From Pseudomonadota bacterium (GTDB lineage: Bacteria > Pseudomonadota > Gammaproteobacteria > Steroidobacterales > JBCBZW01): 64,000 bases of DNA. Below, one piece after another: positions 1 to 11,167 of this stretch; position 1 is the first letter of the stretch, and each line of letters starts with the position of its first letter. A program made the translations under genes and the position numbers. The notes under the pieces are model-generated. The model ran no database searches, was not told the origin of the DNA, and saw only the letters and a list, made by a program, of their open reading frames with translations. Location: assembly GCA_039193195.1 (NCBI GenBank), contig JBCCWS010000001.1:69338-133337 (forward strand), read 5' to 3'.

Positions 1-30
1 CTGGCAGCCGCCGCTCCCGGTGGCTGCCAG
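1..30 (-). terminator. Possible terminator hairpin downstream of the S9 peptidase gene (9-bp stem ctggcagcc/ggctgccag, 12-nt loop), no U-tract
   Basis: Perfect inverted repeat read directly in the sequence, 24 nt past the stop at 54-56. The window edge truncates the context. Confidence 0.3.
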
Positions 31-53
31 AGCATCTGAGGGACCGGGCTTGA

Positions 54-2066
54 TCAGTGCCCAAGGCTCGCGGTGCGAGCACCACGGCCGAGGTGGCGAC
101 CGAGGAAGCTCTCTAGGGCTTGCAGCATCTCCAGGCGCGCGTTGCCGTTGAGCAGGCTGTGGCCCCCCTTCTCGATCTCCACGAAGGTCACATCGGCCCT
201 CGCGCGCTTGAGCGCGCCGGCCATGCCGCTGCCGTGGTCGAAGGGAACGCGGCCGTCGTCCTTAGCGTGCACGATGAGCACAGGAGAGCTGATCTTCTTG
301 GCCTGATCGACGGGCGAGTAGTCGGAGATGTTGACGCCCTTCAGGCCGATCAGCTCGTCGATCTGCCGCAGGCCACCGCGGGAGTAGCTGTACTCGCCGC
401 GCAGCTCCTTCAGGTCGCTGACGCCGTTGATGCTGGCCGCGCAGCGATACATCTGCGAGTTCTTGACGACCCCCATCAGTGCGGCGTAGCCGCCGTAGGA
501 CCAGCCCACGATGCAGATACGGCCACGGCTGGCGATGCCCTGCTCCACCATCCAGTTGACGCCGTCATCCAGATCGTCCTGCATTTTGCGACCCCACTCG
601 CCGTCACCCGCGTCCTCGAAGTCTCGACCCTGGTAGAGGGAGCCGCGGAAGTTCGGCTGAAGGACTGCATAGCCGCGACTGGCCACCATCTGCACGAGGA
701 AGTCGAAGCCCCAGGTATCTCTGCTCCAGGGCCCGCCGTGGGGCATGACTACCACGGGTAGGTTCTGGCGATCGGCACCTTTGGGAATCGTCAGGTAAGC
801 TGTGATCTCAAGGCCGTCGCGGGCCTTGTAGGTCACCTTCTCCATCGTGGAAAGTTGCTTTGGATCTAGGTCTGGGTAGTAGCGGCCTAGGGCGAAGATC
901 TTCGAGGCCTTTCGATCCCAGACGTAGATGGTGCCCGCGTCCACATCGCTGCGCGTGCGCACGAGCATCATGTTCTTGTCGTCGGTCCAGGACAGGATGC
1001 TCACCCTCTCATCAGGGAAAGTCGCGGAGAGCGAGTCGTACATCGCCTTCCACTTCTTGTCCGTGAGCACGAGTTCGTTGTCGCGAGCCGGTACGCCGTA
1101 GCCGATCAGTTTGCCCTCATCGAAGCGGGGGTAGATGTCGAAGTTCGGGTCTTCATGCAGGACCTCCAGGACCTTGTCATCCACGAGGTCTAGGCGGACG
1201 ATCGCCGTGCGGTCACTGTTCACCGGGCCTGCGGCGATGGCGTAGCGAGGGTCATCCTCGAAGCCGTAGGGGAAGATCTCGTTCTGCAGCCACTGCGTGT
1301 CGTTGACGTCGGTCCAGTCGCCGCCGGGCGGTCGGTAGGTGGCGAGAAGGCCGCCCTGTTCGTCACGGCCGTAGCCCACGCGAACCTCGTGCGCCTGGTC
1401 AGTCGCCCATTGAGAGATGCGGAAGCCGCCCTCGCGAAGCACCTTGAATTTTCCGTTCTTCAAGGAAACCTCGCGCACCTCGAAGTCGCCGTCGAGATCT
1501 GAGTCGAGTGCGGTCATGATGTGGTCTGGATCATCCGGCATCCAATCGATGACACGGTCTTGGAACAGCGGCTCTGGGCAACGATTGGCCACACGTGTCC
1601 CCGCGCCGCAACGACTTTCGGGCATCGCCAAGCGAACCGGACGCTTGCTGTCGGAGCCGTCGCGCTTGAAGGCGAATAGGCGTGATTGCTCCAAGTCCCC
1701 GCCGCCGAGCAGCGTTAGCTGGCCGAAGAAGCGCTGCGTTTGGGTGAAGCCGTAGGACACGACGACCTGCTTGTTGTTGCCCCAGCGAAACCACTTGACG
1801 TAAGACTCGGGGGACAGGGGCAGGATCGTGGGTTTGCTCGAGTCCGTGACCGGGTGGGCGATGACCACCTGACGTCCCTGCAAAGGATAGAGGTAAGCCA
1901 CCCAAGAGCCGTCCGGTGACAGTTTGATCTGCTGCAGGGAGCCGAGGGTGGCGAAAGACTCGAGCTTTGGGCCTGCTGCTAGGGCGAAGGTGGACCAAGC
2001 GGCCATCAGTACCGCGGCGACGCCAAACAAGCGACGGCGACTAGCCGTCGTCGGTGAATGATGCAT
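54..2066 (-). CDS. Secreted S9-family serine peptidase (prolyl oligopeptidase / dipeptidyl aminopeptidase-like, beta-propeller plus alpha/beta hydrolase)
   Basis: C-terminal GWSYGGYAA nucleophile elbow, with later DDGRVP and GGHSL triad-like motifs. Start moved to M45 (ATG 2066-2064), which is followed by signal peptide RRRLFGVAAVLMAAWSTFALA. The track's first 44 aa are Arg/Pro-rich and look non-coding. Confidence 0.85.
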   Translation of the reverse strand: MHHSPTTASRRRLFGVAAVLMAAWSTFALAAGPKLESFATLGSLQQIKLSPDGSWVAYLYPLQGRQVVIAHPVTDSSKPTILPLSPESYVKWFRWGNNKQVVVSYGFTQTQRFFGQLTLLGGGDLEQSRLFAFKRDGSDSKRPVRLAMPESRCGAGTRVANRCPEPLFQDRVIDWMPDDPDHIMTALDSDLDGDFEVREVSLKNGKFKVLREGGFRISQWATDQAHEVRVGYGRDEQGGLLATYRPPGGDWTDVNDTQWLQNEIFPYGFEDDPRYAIAAGPVNSDRTAIVRLDLVDDKVLEVLHEDPNFDIYPRFDEGKLIGYGVPARDNELVLTDKKWKAMYDSLSATFPDERVSILSWTDDKNMMLVRTRSDVDAGTIYVWDRKASKIFALGRYYPDLDPKQLSTMEKVTYKARDGLEITAYLTIPKGADRQNLPVVVMPHGGPWSRDTWGFDFLVQMVASRGYAVLQPNFRGSLYQGRDFEDAGDGEWGRKMQDDLDDGVNWMVEQGIASRGRICIVGWSYGGYAALMGVVKNSQMYRCAASINGVSDLKELRGEYSYSRGGLRQIDELIGLKGVNISDYSPVDQAKKISSPVLIVHAKDDGRVPFDHGSGMAGALKRARADVTFVEIEKGGHSLLNGNARLEMLQALESFLGRHLGRGARTASLGH

Positions 2067-2377
2067 TGCGTTGTTTCCCCTGTTCTTTTTCGATTTTCTC
2101 GGGGCCGCCCCACAGCGGGGAGGCCGACACGTCCGCCTCTTACCTGGGCGACTCGCGAGGCGTGAGCCTAACGCACTGGGCGCCGAGCTTCGAAACATCT
2201 GCCGCTCCGTGCCACAAGCTCCCCATGCAGGGGCTAGGCATGACCCCCTAGGCGGGGCGCATGAGTTTGTCGACGAGCAATCAGGGCGGGTCGACTGCCC
2301 CTAGGGAAGTGACCCACACGGCGGCCCTTTCGCATTTGTCCTTGCGGGACACCATTGCGCCAGGCCGTTAAGGTATC

Positions 2378-3406
2378 GTGGCGACCCGAATCCGCACGGC
2401 CCGAGAGAGGCACTCCGTGGAACGCGAGACCGAGAACGCCGTTCGCCGCGAGGCACTGGTCACCCTGCAGTCGCACATCCTCGCGGAGGAGGAACGCGCG
2501 CCGGTGGAGACCACCGGCACCTTATCCTGGATCATGTCGGCCATCTCCATCTCAGCGAAGATCATCGCCAGTCACCTGCGTCGCGCGCGCCTCGAGGACG
2601 TGCTGGGGGAAGCAGGTGAGGAGAACGTGCAAGGCGAGAAGCAACAGAAGCTGGACGTGATCGCCAACGAGACCCTGATCGCAATCCTCCGCGGCCGATC
2701 CGGTGTCGCCGCCATCGGCAGCGAGGAGGATGAAGAGCTGATTTTGGTCGACTCGACCGGGCGCCGCGGCCTGCGCCGCTACGCCGTCCTCTTCGACCCC
2801 TTGGACGGCTCTAGCAATATCGACATCGGTGGATCCACCGGCACGATCTTCTCGATCCTTCGCGTGGACGAGAACACCCCGGCGCTGCAGCCCGGCACGG
2901 CGCAGGTGGCGGCGGGCTACGTCCTCTATGGTTCGTCCACCATCATGGTGAGCAGTACGGGCAACGGCGTGAGCATGTTCGTGCTGGACCCCAACGTAGG
3001 CGCTTTCATGCGCGTGGCGGAGCACCTGCGCATTCCCGACCGAGGCAAGAGCTACTCGGTCAACGAGGCCAACGCCGACAGCTTCCCCCCGCAGTACGCG
3101 CGATTCCTCACCCGCTGTCGGCAGGCGGGATACTCCAGTCGCTACGTCGGCGCGATGGTGGCCGACGTGCACCGAGTGCTGCTCCAAGGCGGGGTCTTTC
3201 TCTATCCCCCCACGGCCAAGGCCCCGGCGGGCAAGCTGCGGCTCATGTACGAGTGCAACCCCCTGGCGTTCCTGATCACCCAGGCCGGGGGCATGGCGAC
3301 GACCGGAGAAGGCGACATCCTGAGCGTGCCGCCCACTGAATTGCATCAGCGCGTACCGATCGTTCTCGGCAGCCCCGAGGACGTGAAGGCCTTCCTCGAC
3401 AGCTAG
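2378..3406 (+). CDS. fbp: Fructose-1,6-bisphosphatase class 1
   Basis: FDPLDGSSNID metal-binding motif, plus GKLRLMYECNPLAFLITQAGG and YVGAMVADVHR, typical of class I FBPase. GTG start; the exact start is uncertain. Confidence 0.9.
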   Translation: MATRIRTARERHSVERETENAVRREALVTLQSHILAEEERAPVETTGTLSWIMSAISISAKIIASHLRRARLEDVLGEAGEENVQGEKQQKLDVIANETLIAILRGRSGVAAIGSEEDEELILVDSTGRRGLRRYAVLFDPLDGSSNIDIGGSTGTIFSILRVDENTPALQPGTAQVAAGYVLYGSSTIMVSSTGNGVSMFVLDPNVGAFMRVAEHLRIPDRGKSYSVNEANADSFPPQYARFLTRCRQAGYSSRYVGAMVADVHRVLLQGGVFLYPPTAKAPAGKLRLMYECNPLAFLITQAGGMATTGEGDILSVPPTELHQRVPIVLGSPEDVKAFLDS

Positions 3407-3413
3407 ACCTGCG

Positions 3414-3443
3414 AAATCGGGGCGCGCAACCGGGCGCCGATTT
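3414..3443 (+). terminator. Putative intrinsic terminator after fbp
   Basis: aaatc-(gg bulge)-ggcgc / loop gcaaccgg / gcgcc-gattt, 8 nt after the fbp stop. The 3' arm ends in TTT. Confidence 0.45.
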
Positions 3444-3503
3444 GCCTACAATGCCGCACCGCCGCGAACCGGCGCCCAGCCCTAGGGCCGGGCGGGCGCG
3501 TGC

Positions 3504-5351
3504 GTGCCTCCCAACTCCCACTTGCTACCTACGGTGTTCCCCGTGATCGACCGCCTTCGCAACATTGCCATCATCGCTCACGTCGACCACGGCAAGACCA
3601 CCCTCGTGGATCAGCTCCTACGCCAGTCAGGTACCCTCGATTCGCGCAAGGACACGGGCGATCGGGTGATGGACTCGAACGACCTCGAGCGCGAGCGCGG
3701 CATCACGATCCTGTCCAAGAACACGGCGATCAACTGGGGCAACTACCGCATCAACATCGTCGACACCCCGGGCCACGCCGATTTTGGCGGCGAGGTGGAG
3801 CGCGTCCTGTCCATGGTCGACGGCGTGCTGCTGCTGGTAGACGCGGTCGACGGCCCCATGCCGCAGACCCGCTTCGTCACCCAGAAGGCCTTTGCGCACG
3901 GCTTCTCACCCATTGTGGTGGTGAACAAGATCGACCGCGACGGCGCTCGGCCTGACTGGGTGATCGATCAAACCTTTGATCTCTTCGACCGCCTCGGCGC
4001 GAGCGACGAGCAGCTCGACTTCCCCATCGTCTACACCTCTGCCATCAACGGCATCTCCGGCCACGCGCCGGAGGACATGAGCGCAGACATGGAAGTGCTG
4101 TTCCAGACCATCGTCGATCGCTGCCCGCCCCCGCCAGTCGACCCGGACGGCCCCTTCCAGCTGCAGATCAGCGTGCTCGACTACTCCCAGTACGTGGGCG
4201 CCATCGGCATCGGGCGAATCGCTCGCGGTACCTTGAAGCGCAATGATCCGGTGACGGTGATCGACGACGACGGCAATCGCCGCAACGAGCGGGTGGGGCA
4301 GATCCTCGGCTTCATCGGTTTGGAACGGCACGAAGTACAGAGCGCCGGAGCCGGTGACATCGTCGCGGTGGCGGGTATCGAGGCGCCGCAGGTGTCCGAG
4401 ACGCTCTGCAGTCCGGAGGCGGTGCAGGCCCTCTCGCCCCTATCGGTGGACGAACCCACGATTCGCATGACCTTCGAGGCCAACACCTCGCCCTTCGCCG
4501 CCCGCGAAGGCAAGTACGTGACCTCACGGCAGGTTCGCGATCGGCTCATGCGCGAGGCCTCCTACAACGTGGCCCTGCGCGTGGAGGACACGGAAGATCC
4601 GGAGAAGCTCCAGGTCTGCGGACGCGGAGAGCTGCACCTGGCCGTGCTCCTCGAGACCATGCGTCGAGAGGGCTACGAGATTGCCGTCTCCCCGCCCCAG
4701 GTGGTGGTCAAGGAGGTGGATGGGCAGCGCCAGGAGCCCTTCGAGCAGCTTACGGTGGATATCGAGGAAGCGCACCAGGGCGCCGTGATGGAAGGTTTAG
4801 GCGAACGCGGCGGTGAACTGTCGAATATGATGCCGGACGGCAAGGGTCGGGTGCGCCTGGACTACATGATTCCTGCCCGCGGACTGATCGGCTTTCAAAC
4901 CGAGTTCCGCACGCTCACCTCGGGGACAGGTTTGCTTTATCACGTCTTCGATCACTACGGACCCGTACGCGACCGCGAGATTGCGCGCCGCGCAAACGGC
5001 GTGCTCATCGCCAACTCGAGCGGGAAGGCCTTGGCTTACGCGCTTGCCAACCTGCAGGAGCGTGGGCGCCTGTTCATTGGTCCTGGCGATGAGATCTATG
5101 AAGGCCAGATCGTGGGCATCCACACCCGCGATAACGATCTTGTGGTGAACCCGATGAAGGCGAAGCAGCTCACCAACGTGCGGGCCGCTGGCAAGGACGA
5201 GAACATCCTGCTCACCCCGGCCCTGCGCATGACCTTGGAGCAGGCGATGGAATTCATCGCCGAAGACGAACTAGTGGAGATCACGCCGCAGAGCCTGCGC
5301 GTACGTAAGCGGCTGCTCAAGGAGCACGAGCGCAAGCGCGCCTCGCGCTGA
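3504..5351 (+). CDS. typA: Translational GTPase TypA/BipA
   Basis: [20 protein letters not shown]1 motif, [13 protein letters not shown]3 motif, NKIDR G4 motif. About 600 aa with an EF-G-like domain order. Confidence 0.95.
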   Translation: MPPNSHLLPTVFPVIDRLRNIAIIAHVDHGKTTLVDQLLRQSGTLDSRKDTGDRVMDSNDLERERGITILSKNTAINWGNYRINIVDTPGHADFGGEVERVLSMVDGVLLLVDAVDGPMPQTRFVTQKAFAHGFSPIVVVNKIDRDGARPDWVIDQTFDLFDRLGASDEQLDFPIVYTSAINGISGHAPEDMSADMEVLFQTIVDRCPPPPVDPDGPFQLQISVLDYSQYVGAIGIGRIARGTLKRNDPVTVIDDDGNRRNERVGQILGFIGLERHEVQSAGAGDIVAVAGIEAPQVSETLCSPEAVQALSPLSVDEPTIRMTFEANTSPFAAREGKYVTSRQVRDRLMREASYNVALRVEDTEDPEKLQVCGRGELHLAVLLETMRREGYEIAVSPPQVVVKEVDGQRQEPFEQLTVDIEEAHQGAVMEGLGERGGELSNMMPDGKGRVRLDYMIPARGLIGFQTEFRTLTSGTGLLYHVFDHYGPVRDREIARRANGVLIANSSGKALAYALANLQERGRLFIGPGDEIYEGQIVGIHTRDNDLVVNPMKAKQLTNVRAAGKDENILLTPALRMTLEQAMEFIAEDELVEITPQSLRVRKRLLKEHERKRASR

Positions 5352-5362
5352 GCGGACGGTCT

Positions 5363-5410
5363 CGGGCGAATCCGCGCCCGGCGGGATCGCGTCGCCACGT
5401 TATGTGGCGA
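5363..5410 (+). terminator. Two short GC hairpins downstream of typA (cgggcg/cgcccg and tcgccac/gtggcga); weak terminator candidates
   Basis: Inverted repeats read directly. No U-tract. Confidence 0.25.
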
Positions 5411-5602
5411 GTGGGACCAAATGACTGCGAAGAAGTTCCCGGTGCCATCGTTCGATGGGCCGGGCTGTGAAGTGTGACACAGCCCTCAGACGACACTTTG
5501 GCACACTGCAAAATGTCAACGTGATTGTCGGCGGATAAGATCCGCCACTTAAGGGACTAGACTTCACGCTACCACTTCAGACAGTTACAAAGGGCCCACG
5601 CC

Positions 5603-6571
5603 ATGGCGTCACCCACACCGATCGACGAGGCCAGTCGCCTGCGCACGCTGCGCGCGCTTAACATCCTCGACACGCCCCGCGAGCGGCGCTACGACCGTTT
5701 CGTTTCCATCGCTACCCGCTTGTTCAATGCGCCCATCGCCGTGGTGAGCTTCATCGACGGTGACCGTCAATGGTTCAAGGCCGCCGCCGGTCTGGACGCT
5801 CGTCAGTTCCCACGGGGCGTGTCGCTCTGCGCCTATACGATCATGCAGGACGGCGCGCATGTGGTGGAGAACACCGCAGAGCATCCGGAGTTTGGCCACA
5901 ACCCCTCGGTCACCGGGCCGCTCGGCATCCGCTTCTACGCGGGGTGTGCCATCGAGGCGGAAGACGGCAGCCACGTAGGCACGCTCGCCGTCATGGACAC
6001 TCAGCCGCGCGCCTTCTCGCAAGCTGATCGAGTGATGTTGGAAGACCTAGCAGATTTGGTCTCCCGGGAGGTGTTTAGCCTAGGCGCGACGGCTCTCGAC
6101 CGCATCACCGGCCTGCCCACCCGTCGCGGCTTCGAGTCGGTGGCGCAGCAGGTGCTGGCGATAAGCCGTCGTCACGACCACTCCGCATCCTTGCTCCTCC
6201 TCGACATGGAGAATCTCTCGGATTTCGCCCAACAGCGTGGTTTGGAAGAGGCGGACGAGCTGCTCGCGGAAACCGGCGAGCTGCTCGGCTTCGCCTTCCG
6301 CCAGTCAGATGTCATCGCCCACCTCGGCAACGGTAAATTTTGCATCCTGCTCACCGGAGCAGGTGTCGATCAGGCGGAGCTGTGTCTGGAGCGCCTGCGC
6401 ACCGAGCTTCGCGGCCGCAACGCCGTGGCAGGGGCTCGCCACCGCATCAGCTATCGGTTGGGCTTTGCGGAGTTCCGCGACCCTGAGCACCGCTCGCTGG
6501 AAGATCTCATCGGAGAGGCCGAGCGCACGGCAACGCCCACGGACTTTACGGAGCAAGTCGCCCTCGCCTGA
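5603..6571 (+). CDS. GAF domain protein with a degenerate GGDEF domain (GNGKF in place of GGDEF, RxxD I-site retained)
   Basis: The N-terminal half matches the GAF pattern (RLFNAPIAVVSFIDGDRQWFKA). ITGLPTRRGF marks the GGDEF-domain entry. RQSD sits five residues upstream of GNGKF. Confidence 0.8.
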   Translation: MASPTPIDEASRLRTLRALNILDTPRERRYDRFVSIATRLFNAPIAVVSFIDGDRQWFKAAAGLDARQFPRGVSLCAYTIMQDGAHVVENTAEHPEFGHNPSVTGPLGIRFYAGCAIEAEDGSHVGTLAVMDTQPRAFSQADRVMLEDLADLVSREVFSLGATALDRITGLPTRRGFESVAQQVLAISRRHDHSASLLLLDMENLSDFAQQRGLEEADELLAETGELLGFAFRQSDVIAHLGNGKFCILLTGAGVDQAELCLERLRTELRGRNAVAGARHRISYRLGFAEFRDPEHRSLEDLIGEAERTATPTDFTEQVALA

Positions 6572-6583
6572 GGGCGTCCCAGC

Positions 6584-7291
6584 TTAGGCGCTCCGCGGCG
6601 TGGTGCCGTCGAAAGCCATCGGCGCGGCGGCGTCTGTCGCCGCGCTGCGCAGTGCCAGTCGCTGCTTCTGCCGCCAATGGCGGTATACCCGCCACCCCAG
6701 CAACACCGCCACCAGTACCGCGTACATGAGCGGGTTGGTGAGGTCCTTCTTTACCTGCCAGAAGTAGTGCCATAGGCCGAGCAGCACCACCACGTACACG
6801 AGACTGTGCAGCCTCTGCCAGTACTTACCCATGCGTCGGCGCAGGCCGTCGAACGACGTGATGGCAAGCGGAACGAGGAGCATCAGACCGGAGAAGCCGA
6901 TCGTGATATAGGGCCGCCTCAGCACGTCCTCCACGATCGTGTCGAACTCGAGGGCTCGGTCCAGGGTGAGGTAAACCGTGAGGTGCAGCGACAGGTAGAA
7001 GAAGGCGAAGAGCCCAAGCATTCGCCGTACTCGCCCGATCGCATGCCAGCCGGTGACTTGGCGCAGGGGCGTCACGCACAGGGTCAGTACGAGCAGGTTC
7101 AAGCCCCAGATGCCGGCGCGGTTGAGCAGCTCCTCCACCGGATTGGCGCCGAGGGAGGAACGCCCTAGGCCGAACAGTTCCATGCCGATCTCCGCCAACG
7201 CCTTGAGTAGCGGCGTGCAGGCCAGCAGAAACAGGGTCGGTTTGATCACCGGCCCCATGAGGCGATTGATGGTGAGGGCGGTGCTAGCCAT
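6584..7291 (-). CDS. msrQ: Protein-methionine-sulfoxide reductase heme-binding subunit MsrQ (YedZ)
   Basis: Polytopic membrane protein of about 235 aa directly downstream of msrP. Start moved to M30 (ATG 7291-7289) so that it no longer overlaps the msrP 3' end. Confidence 0.85.
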   Translation of the reverse strand: MASTALTINRLMGPVIKPTLFLLACTPLLKALAEIGMELFGLGRSSLGANPVEELLNRAGIWGLNLLVLTLCVTPLRQVTGWHAIGRVRRMLGLFAFFYLSLHLTVYLTLDRALEFDTIVEDVLRRPYITIGFSGLMLLVPLAITSFDGLRRRMGKYWQRLHSLVYVVVLLGLWHYFWQVKKDLTNPLMYAVLVAVLLGWRVYRHWRQKQRLALRSAATDAAAPMAFDGTTPRSA

Positions 7292-7322
7292 GACGTTGCT
7301 CGTTTCCGTAGGTAGTCGCGCG

Positions 7323-8291
<969 letters not shown>

Positions 8292-8633
8292 GTGCAAGTT
8301 AACTCCCTTGCGGTATTCAGTTGGCCACGCTAGCACACGGCTATCACGTGTTGCTCACGTCACCAAACGTTACGCCTCCAGAGAATTCGTCGCTGCCCAC
8401 GGGAGCGATTCTGAGATCTGGTCGTCCCCTCTAACTGACTGATGCTCTTGGCTTATGTGATCTTCCGGGGAGAAGTTCGCGGCTTGTGCCATGGCTCGGT
8501 TCTCGACCTTCAGGACCGAGGGCTAGGTCGCAGTGCCGCGCCCGGGTGCCGCCCTAGGATCGAAGGATCTGCGTGGTGCCCCGGTCCCTAGTGCCTGCCC
8601 CGCGTGCGATGACCATCTGCCGCGGGCCAACCC

Positions 8634-11099
8634 ATGTCACGTGCTTCTATCGCCGTCGTCCTCACTGTTGCGACCCTCCTGTGCGTGCCCGTTGCGGTTC
8701 GCGCGGACTCGGTGCTGGAGGCGGCACGACTGCAGCTCGATGGGTGGGCGCTGAGCGGAGCCGATCCCGCGGCGCAAGTGGTCGCGCACGGCAAGCAGGG
8801 TGCTGAGGCGCCGGGTCGCCTGCTGGTCCTGATCGTCGAGGGCCGGCGTTACGAGATCACCTTGTCGCCATCGCGCAGCGCGCTGGCGGGCTTGCCCGTA
8901 TCGCAGCGCCGTGCCTACGCGGATACTCAGCTGTACCGAGGAAGTATCGCCGGCATGCCCAACGGCTGGGCGCGGATCACCGTGGCTGGCGATAGGCTCT
9001 ACGCGCTGCTTTGGGACGGCACCGACTTCCTCGCCGTCGAACCGCAGGAAGCTGCACGAGTTGCGGGTTCCGCGAAGGCTGCTCGCGCGTTCGTCCACCA
9101 GGCTTACCGTCCCCTCGCCTACGAAGACCTTTCGTTCGAACAAGACACTCGTGCGGGGCACGACCACGCCCACCCGGTCGCACCGGCGTTGAAGGGGACA
9201 GTACCCTCCGCCGCTTTTGCGAAGGGTGAGGTCGGCGGCCGCATGCGGGTCGCGTGGATTGCCGATTCGCTTTTCAATACCCGCCACGGCGATGCTAGCC
9301 GGGAGGAGATGCTGGCGCGGATCAATATCGTCGCCGGCATCTTCCAGGAGCAGCTGGGCTTAGAGCTCGCCGTCGATGAGCTCACGATTCTCTCGCCGAG
9401 CGAAGATGGCTTCTCAACCAGCGACGCGGGGCGACTGCTGGATCAGGTGGAGCAGGCCAAACTCGCCACTGGCACGCGCCGTGCGGCAGGCGTTTTGCAC
9501 CTCATGACCGGTCGTGCCCTCGATGGCAACACGGTGGGGATCGCAGCGGTCGGGGCGGCCTGCAGTGCGCGCTTCGGGGTGTCGCTCACGGAAGCGCGCC
9601 GACCCGCGGCCGTCGACGCCCTCATCGCTGCACATGAGATTGGCCACAACTTCGATGCGCCGCACGACGGCGAGGGCGCCTGCGCCAGCGCGCCTGGTGG
9701 TTATCTGATGGCGCCGCGGCTGAGTCAGACCGATGAGTTTTCCCCCTGCAGCGTCGATGTGATGATCGACTTTCTGCAGCGCGCCAGCTGTGTGAGCGAG
9801 GTGCGGGCGAGTGACGTTGCGGTCAGTGGCGAGGCGCCGTCGGAGGTTCTGGTCGGTACTACCCATACGGTGGAGTACCTAATCGATTCACCTGGTGTGG
9901 GCGATGCGTACGACATCGCCGTGTCTCTGGCCTTCGCCGGCGCCGGTCTCGATCTGCGCAGCGTGACCCTGGAGGGGGGGATTTGCACCCGCGGGGAGCA
10001 GCGCATCGATTGCACGCTGCCCACCCTCGATGGTGGAGACGCCGCCCTGCTGCGCGCGACCTTCGTGGCGGTCGCGGTCGGCAGCTGGCCGTTCTCCGTC
10101 TCCGTGAGTGCTCCGGGTGATAGCAACCCCGATGACAATTTGAGCGAAGCGCTGGTCACCGTGCGCCCTGCGGCCGACCTCGCCGTCAGTTTCGCAGAAG
10201 CTGCCCTGGTTACCGCGCCAGGGGCTGCTCGCCGAGTGCCCTTCACCTTCCTCAACGCGGGTCCTCTCATCGCGCGCGACGTGGTACTGGAGTTCAGCGC
10301 TGATCGCAGCACTTTGCTAGCCGTCGAGCAGGTACAGGGCTGTCGGGCTGGCCCCGGCGAGCGCCAGTGGCGCTGCGATATTCCGAGCCTCGCCGTGGGC
10401 GAGCGTCGGCGCGGCGAGTTGTTGGCCGTGGCGAGCGCGGACGACGACGGCGAGGCGCGCCGTGAGGCGCTGCACGCCGAACTGCAGTCGGTCCTCACCG
10501 ATCCAGCGCCGGCCGACAACGTCGCGAGCAGCGACCTGATCGTCGCACGCACGGTCGCCGACCTGGCGGCTCGCCTGCTTAGCGCCGCGGTCGAGCTTGA
10601 GATTGGCCAGGCACGGTCCGTAGAGGTGGAGATCACCAACCATGGGCCGGACCCGGCGACCACAGTATCGCTAGAGGTGGCCTTCTCGCTGGGTACGGTC
10701 AGCGTCTTGGAGGCCACGCTGGCGAACGGTTCGCCCTGCACGGTCGAGGCCGCTGCAGTGCGTTGCCAACTAGAGGCGCTCGCGGTGGGCGAACGAGGCG
10801 TCGTGCGTCTGGTCCTGCAGGCCCTGTCGGGAGAGCGCCTGCGCCTCCTGTCGGCTGTGTCCGGGGCAGCCTACGACCCCGCTCGCGAGAACGACACGGT
10901 GACCAGCGACCTCGCCGTCGCTGAGAAGGCCGGGCCCGGAAGCGAGGATGCCGTGGCTCTACCCGCGCCGACGAACCCGGGCGCTGGGAGCGAGGCCTCT
11001 GGCGGCGGCGGCGCGTTCGATCCGACCGTGCTGGTGCTGCTCGCGCTGGCGGCCGTGAGCCGACGTTGGCGTCACCGGGTCCGTCGTGCGGGCAGGTAA
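8634..11099 (+). CDS. Secreted zinc metalloprotease (reprolysin/M12B-like HEIGHNFDAPHD) with repeated Ig-like/DUF11-type domains and a GlyGly-CTERM-like sorting tail
   Basis: Signal peptide MSRASIAVVLTVATLLCVPVAVRA. HExxHxxxxxH motif at 9633-9668. C-terminus SGGGGAFDPTVLVLLALAAVSRRWRHRVRR. Confidence 0.75.
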   Translation: MSRASIAVVLTVATLLCVPVAVRADSVLEAARLQLDGWALSGADPAAQVVAHGKQGAEAPGRLLVLIVEGRRYEITLSPSRSALAGLPVSQRRAYADTQLYRGSIAGMPNGWARITVAGDRLYALLWDGTDFLAVEPQEAARVAGSAKAARAFVHQAYRPLAYEDLSFEQDTRAGHDHAHPVAPALKGTVPSAAFAKGEVGGRMRVAWIADSLFNTRHGDASREEMLARINIVAGIFQEQLGLELAVDELTILSPSEDGFSTSDAGRLLDQVEQAKLATGTRRAAGVLHLMTGRALDGNTVGIAAVGAACSARFGVSLTEARRPAAVDALIAAHEIGHNFDAPHDGEGACASAPGGYLMAPRLSQTDEFSPCSVDVMIDFLQRASCVSEVRASDVAVSGEAPSEVLVGTTHTVEYLIDSPGVGDAYDIAVSLAFAGAGLDLRSVTLEGGICTRGEQRIDCTLPTLDGGDAALLRATFVAVAVGSWPFSVSVSAPGDSNPDDNLSEALVTVRPAADLAVSFAEAALVTAPGAARRVPFTFLNAGPLIARDVVLEFSADRSTLLAVEQVQGCRAGPGERQWRCDIPSLAVGERRRGELLAVASADDDGEARREALHAELQSVLTDPAPADNVASSDLIVARTVADLAARLLSAAVELEIGQARSVEVEITNHGPDPATTVSLEVAFSLGTVSVLEATLANGSPCTVEAAAVRCQLEALAVGERGVVRLVLQALSGERLRLLSAVSGAAYDPARENDTVTSDLAVAEKAGPGSEDAVALPAPTNPGAGSEASGGGGAFDPTVLVLLALAAVSRRWRHRVRRAGR

Positions 11100-11167
11100 A
11101 CCACTCGTCCCGCCATGACATCTAAATCCCCACGCGTACTTTTTGCTATTCCAGGGGGATATGCACC

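Noticed and set aside
54-2198. N-terminal extensions in track ORFs. Examples: 54-2198, 6584-7378, 7323-8336, 12980-16462, 16483-17553, 27041-28057, 29148-30143, 31785-33125, 36362-36937, 42884-43435, 43013-44299, 55962-57077, 58022-59455, 60853-61893.
   Set aside because: The extensions overlap neighbouring genes or are compositionally non-protein-like. In each case an internal ATG or GTG is followed by a signal peptide, an SD, or the family's normal N-terminus, and these were used instead.
3447-3452. TACAAT -10-like hexamer upstream of typA.
   Set aside because: There is no convincing -35 at a suitable spacing, and it sits right behind the fbp terminator hairpin. A single hexamer match is not evidence.
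9725-10741. Long antisense or out-of-frame ORFs throughout the track. Examples: 9725-10741(-), 12286-13275(-), 18492-19640(-), 24076-25266(-), 31633-32799(-), 49654-50667(+), 51287-52036(+), 57107-58153(-), 55974-56741(-).
   Set aside because: They lie opposite or out of frame to genes with clear family motifs. Their translations are Arg/Ala/Gly/Pro-rich with no recognisable motifs. This is the expected shadow-ORF artefact of a GC-rich genome.
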